From: Pseudomonadota bacterium
Lineage (GTDB): Bacteria > Pseudomonadota > Gammaproteobacteria > Burkholderiales > SG8-39
Length of the DNA stretch: 64,000 nucleotides
NCBI GenBank assembly: GCA_025352885.1
Contig: JANXRZ010000223.1
Span: 33,291 to 97,290, forward strand
Direction of reading: 5' to 3'
A program made the position numbers and the translations under genes. Position 1 is the stretch's first letter; each line of letters starts with the position of its first letter. The notes beneath the pieces are model-generated. The model was not told the origin of the DNA and searched no databases. It worked only from the letters and a program-made list of their open reading frames with translations. Positions 62,486-64,000 of the stretch are shown piece by piece.

Positions 62486-62515
62486 ATTATATCCTGAAAC
62501 TCACCTCGGTCTCAA
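62486..62515 (-). promoter_or_regulatory. Near-consensus sigma70 promoter of the rpsF operon
   Basis: On the minus strand: TTGAGA (62510-62515), an 18-nt spacer, then TATAAT (62486-62491). This leaves a leader of about 100 nt before the rpsF ATG at 62378. Confidence 0.55.
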
Positions 62516-63453
62516 GCCGAGGGCAAGTCGCGGGCAAACGCCGCCAGGTTGTGGAATGCCGTGCCGAAATAAAGCTCGTAACCGTCCTGCTCGACGTACC
62601 CGAGGTGGGGCGTGCAGACGGCATTGCCCAAGCTGAGCAGCGGGTGCGAAGCGCCCAGCACCGGCTCCTCTTCGTACACGTCGACGGCGGCGAATCCCGG
62701 GCGGCCGGCGCCGAGTGCTGAGACCAAAACCCCGGGCGCCACGAGTTCGGCGCGGCTGGTGTTTACGAAAACCGCATCAGGCTTCATTTGCGCGAGGTCC
62801 TGTGCAGTAACCAAGCCCCGGGTCTCGGGAGCCAACCGGACATGCAGGGACACCACGTCGCTCGTTGAAAAGAACCCCTCGCGGCTGCCCGCGGCCTCAT
62901 GGCCGGCCTCTTTCGCACGGCTAAGACTGCCTTCGCGCCCCCAGACCTGCACCTTCATGCCGAAGGCCTTGCCGTAGCCGGCTACCACAGCGCCGATGCG
63001 CCCGTACCCGAAGATCCCGAGGGTTCGCCCGCGAAGGCCGCGGCCCACGCTCTGCTGCCAACCGCCTTTCTTGAGGTTCTCGACTTCCTGGGGAATGCGC
63101 CGCATCGAGGCGATGACCAGTCCCCAGGTCAGTTCAGCGGTCGCATACGGCGACCCGGAGCCTTCGAGGATGGCGATGCCCAGGCGCTTGCAGGTCGCTA
63201 CGTCGATATGCGGACCGGCCTTGCCGGTCTGGCTCAGGGCGCGCAGTGAAGGAAGGCGCTCAAGCACCGAGGCCGTCAGCCGGGTGCGCTCGCGGATCAG
63301 GACGAGACCCTCGAATCCCTTGAGCCGCTCGACGAGCGCGTCTTCGTCCTTGAGCGTGTCCCGGAAAACGGTGACGTCATGACCGGCCAGCTTTTTCCAC
63401 GCATCGAGCGTGCGGCAGGCGTCCTGGTAGTCGTCGAGGATTGCAATCTTCAT
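62512..63453 (-). CDS. D-isomer-specific 2-hydroxyacid dehydrogenase family protein
   Basis: Start MKIAILDDY (ATGA overlap with the rlmB stop). NAD motif [13 protein letters not shown]. Catalytic-His region CTPHLGY. Confidence 0.88.
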   Translation of the reverse strand: MKIAILDDYQDACRTLDAWKKLAGHDVTVFRDTLKDEDALVERLKGFEGLVLIRERTRLTASVLERLPSLRALSQTGKAGPHIDVATCKRLGIAILEGSGSPYATAELTWGLVIASMRRIPQEVENLKKGGWQQSVGRGLRGRTLGIFGYGRIGAVVAGYGKAFGMKVQVWGREGSLSRAKEAGHEAAGSREGFFSTSDVVSLHVRLAPETRGLVTAQDLAQMKPDAVFVNTSRAELVAPGVLVSALGAGRPGFAAVDVYEEEPVLGASHPLLSLGNAVCTPHLGYVEQDGYELYFGTAFHNLAAFARDLPSA

Positions 63454-64000
63454 TTTTTCTTCTCCTGGGCCTGTCGCCGGCGCACCGATTCGAAGAGCAC
63501 GATGCCTGCCGCGACGGAAACGTTGAGGCTTTCCACCATTCCCTGCATCGGGATGCGCACGAGGAAATCGCAGTGCTCGCGCGTGAGGCGCCGCATCCCT
63601 TCGCCCTCCGAGCCGAGCACCCAGGCCACCGCATCCGGGAAGTCGGCGGCGAACAAGTCGTCCTCTGCGCCTTCGTCGGTTCCGACGATCCAGATGCTGC
63701 GCTCTTTCAACTCGCGCAGCGTCCTCGCAAGATTCGTCACCGGAAAATAAGGCACGGTCTCCGCTGCGCCACTGGCGACCTTTGAAGCGGTCGCATTCAG
63801 GCCGACGGCGCGGTCTTTGGGCGCGACAACCGCGTGGACGCCGGCCGCATCCGCCACGCGCAGGCACGCGCCAAGGTTATGCGGATCCTGGATCCCATCG
63901 AGCACGAGCAACAGCGGCGGCCCGACGACGGCATCCAGCGTGTCATCCAGGCTGTGGCTCTTTTTGGTTTCGGCGATCTGCGCCACCACGCCCTGGTGGC
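63450..64000 (-). CDS. rlmB: 23S rRNA (guanosine-2'-O)-methyltransferase RlmB (SpoU/TrmH family), N-terminus beyond the right edge
   Basis: SpoU motifs [27 protein letters not shown] and [18 protein letters not shown]. The frame stays open to position 64000. Confidence 0.88.
   Translation of the reverse strand, partial: HQGVVAQIAETKKSHSLDDTLDAVVGPPLLLVLDGIQDPHNLGACLRVADAAGVHAVVAPKDRAVGLNATASKVASGAAETVPYFPVTNLARTLRELKERSIWIVGTDEGAEDDLFAADFPDAVAWVLGSEGEGMRRLTREHCDFLVRIPMQGMVESLNVSVAAGIVLFESVRRRQAQEKKK

Noticed and set aside
1-64000. Search for CRISPR arrays, tRNA/rRNA/tmRNA genes, IS elements, integrases, phage genes and long direct or inverted repeats flanking the catabolic cluster
   Set aside because: None seen. 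All gaps between supported genes are 213 nt or less and are explained by promoters or hairpins. No transposase- or integrase-like translation appears in any frame. I therefore cannot support calling the nic-type cluster a mobile island from this window alone.

Overview
Visibly GC-rich, gene-dense chromosomal segment that looks betaproteobacterial, Burkholderiales-like. The basis is four Bug/TctC binding proteins plus the rpsF-priB-rpsR-rplI-dnaB and aminotransferase-hom-thrC syntenies. I can support 64 protein-coding genes, two of them cut by the window edges. I see no rRNA/tRNA, CRISPR, transposase, integrase or phage genes.

Left to right:
- 1-1050 (minus): a Fic-domain gene that the ORF track misses, divergent from mutS.
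- 4718-30326: a ~26 kb N-heteroaromatic (pyridine-carboxylate type) catabolic super-cluster. It holds the lower nicotinate-pathway genes nicX, nicD, nicF and nicC, and two different CoxLMS-type molybdenum hydroxylases, one of them four-component with an SRPBCC/CoxG subunit. It also holds an orphan Rieske oxygenase, a Liv-type ABC importer, an MmgE/PrpD protein, an embedded GntR regulator, three TctC binding proteins and extra formamidase/arylformamidase-like hydrolases.
- 30414-38435: an acyl-CoA module (CoA-transferase, TctC, paired acyl-CoA dehydrogenases, enoyl-CoA hydratase, Fe-ADH) whose last cistron is a cyclic-nucleotide-gated MscS channel.
- 38559-50495: poorly characterised genes. These are a small protein plus a hyper-acidic disordered protein, a DODA-type dioxygenase, a TLC/Npt-like transporter, a DUF1080-like secreted protein and an orphan chrB. 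They continue with ornithine cyclodeaminase, a superoxide-dismutase::rhodanese fusion, a lipoprotein, an MFS transporter, an LLM oxidoreductase and a molybdopterin oxidoreductase.
- 50580-64000: housekeeping genes (thrC, hom, aminotransferase, bcp, PIN-PhoH2, dnaB, rplI, rpsR, priB, rpsF, rlmB).

All functional calls rest on motifs and remembered family signatures read from the translations. No database search or computation was possible. Coordinates of starts were checked against the ORF-track frames.

The best candidate for something undescribed is the split, composite nic-type cluster with its two upper-pathway Mo hydroxylases and partner-less Rieske oxygenase. Secondary candidates are the chrA-less chrB / SOD::rhodanese locus and the small-protein / acidic-protein pair.
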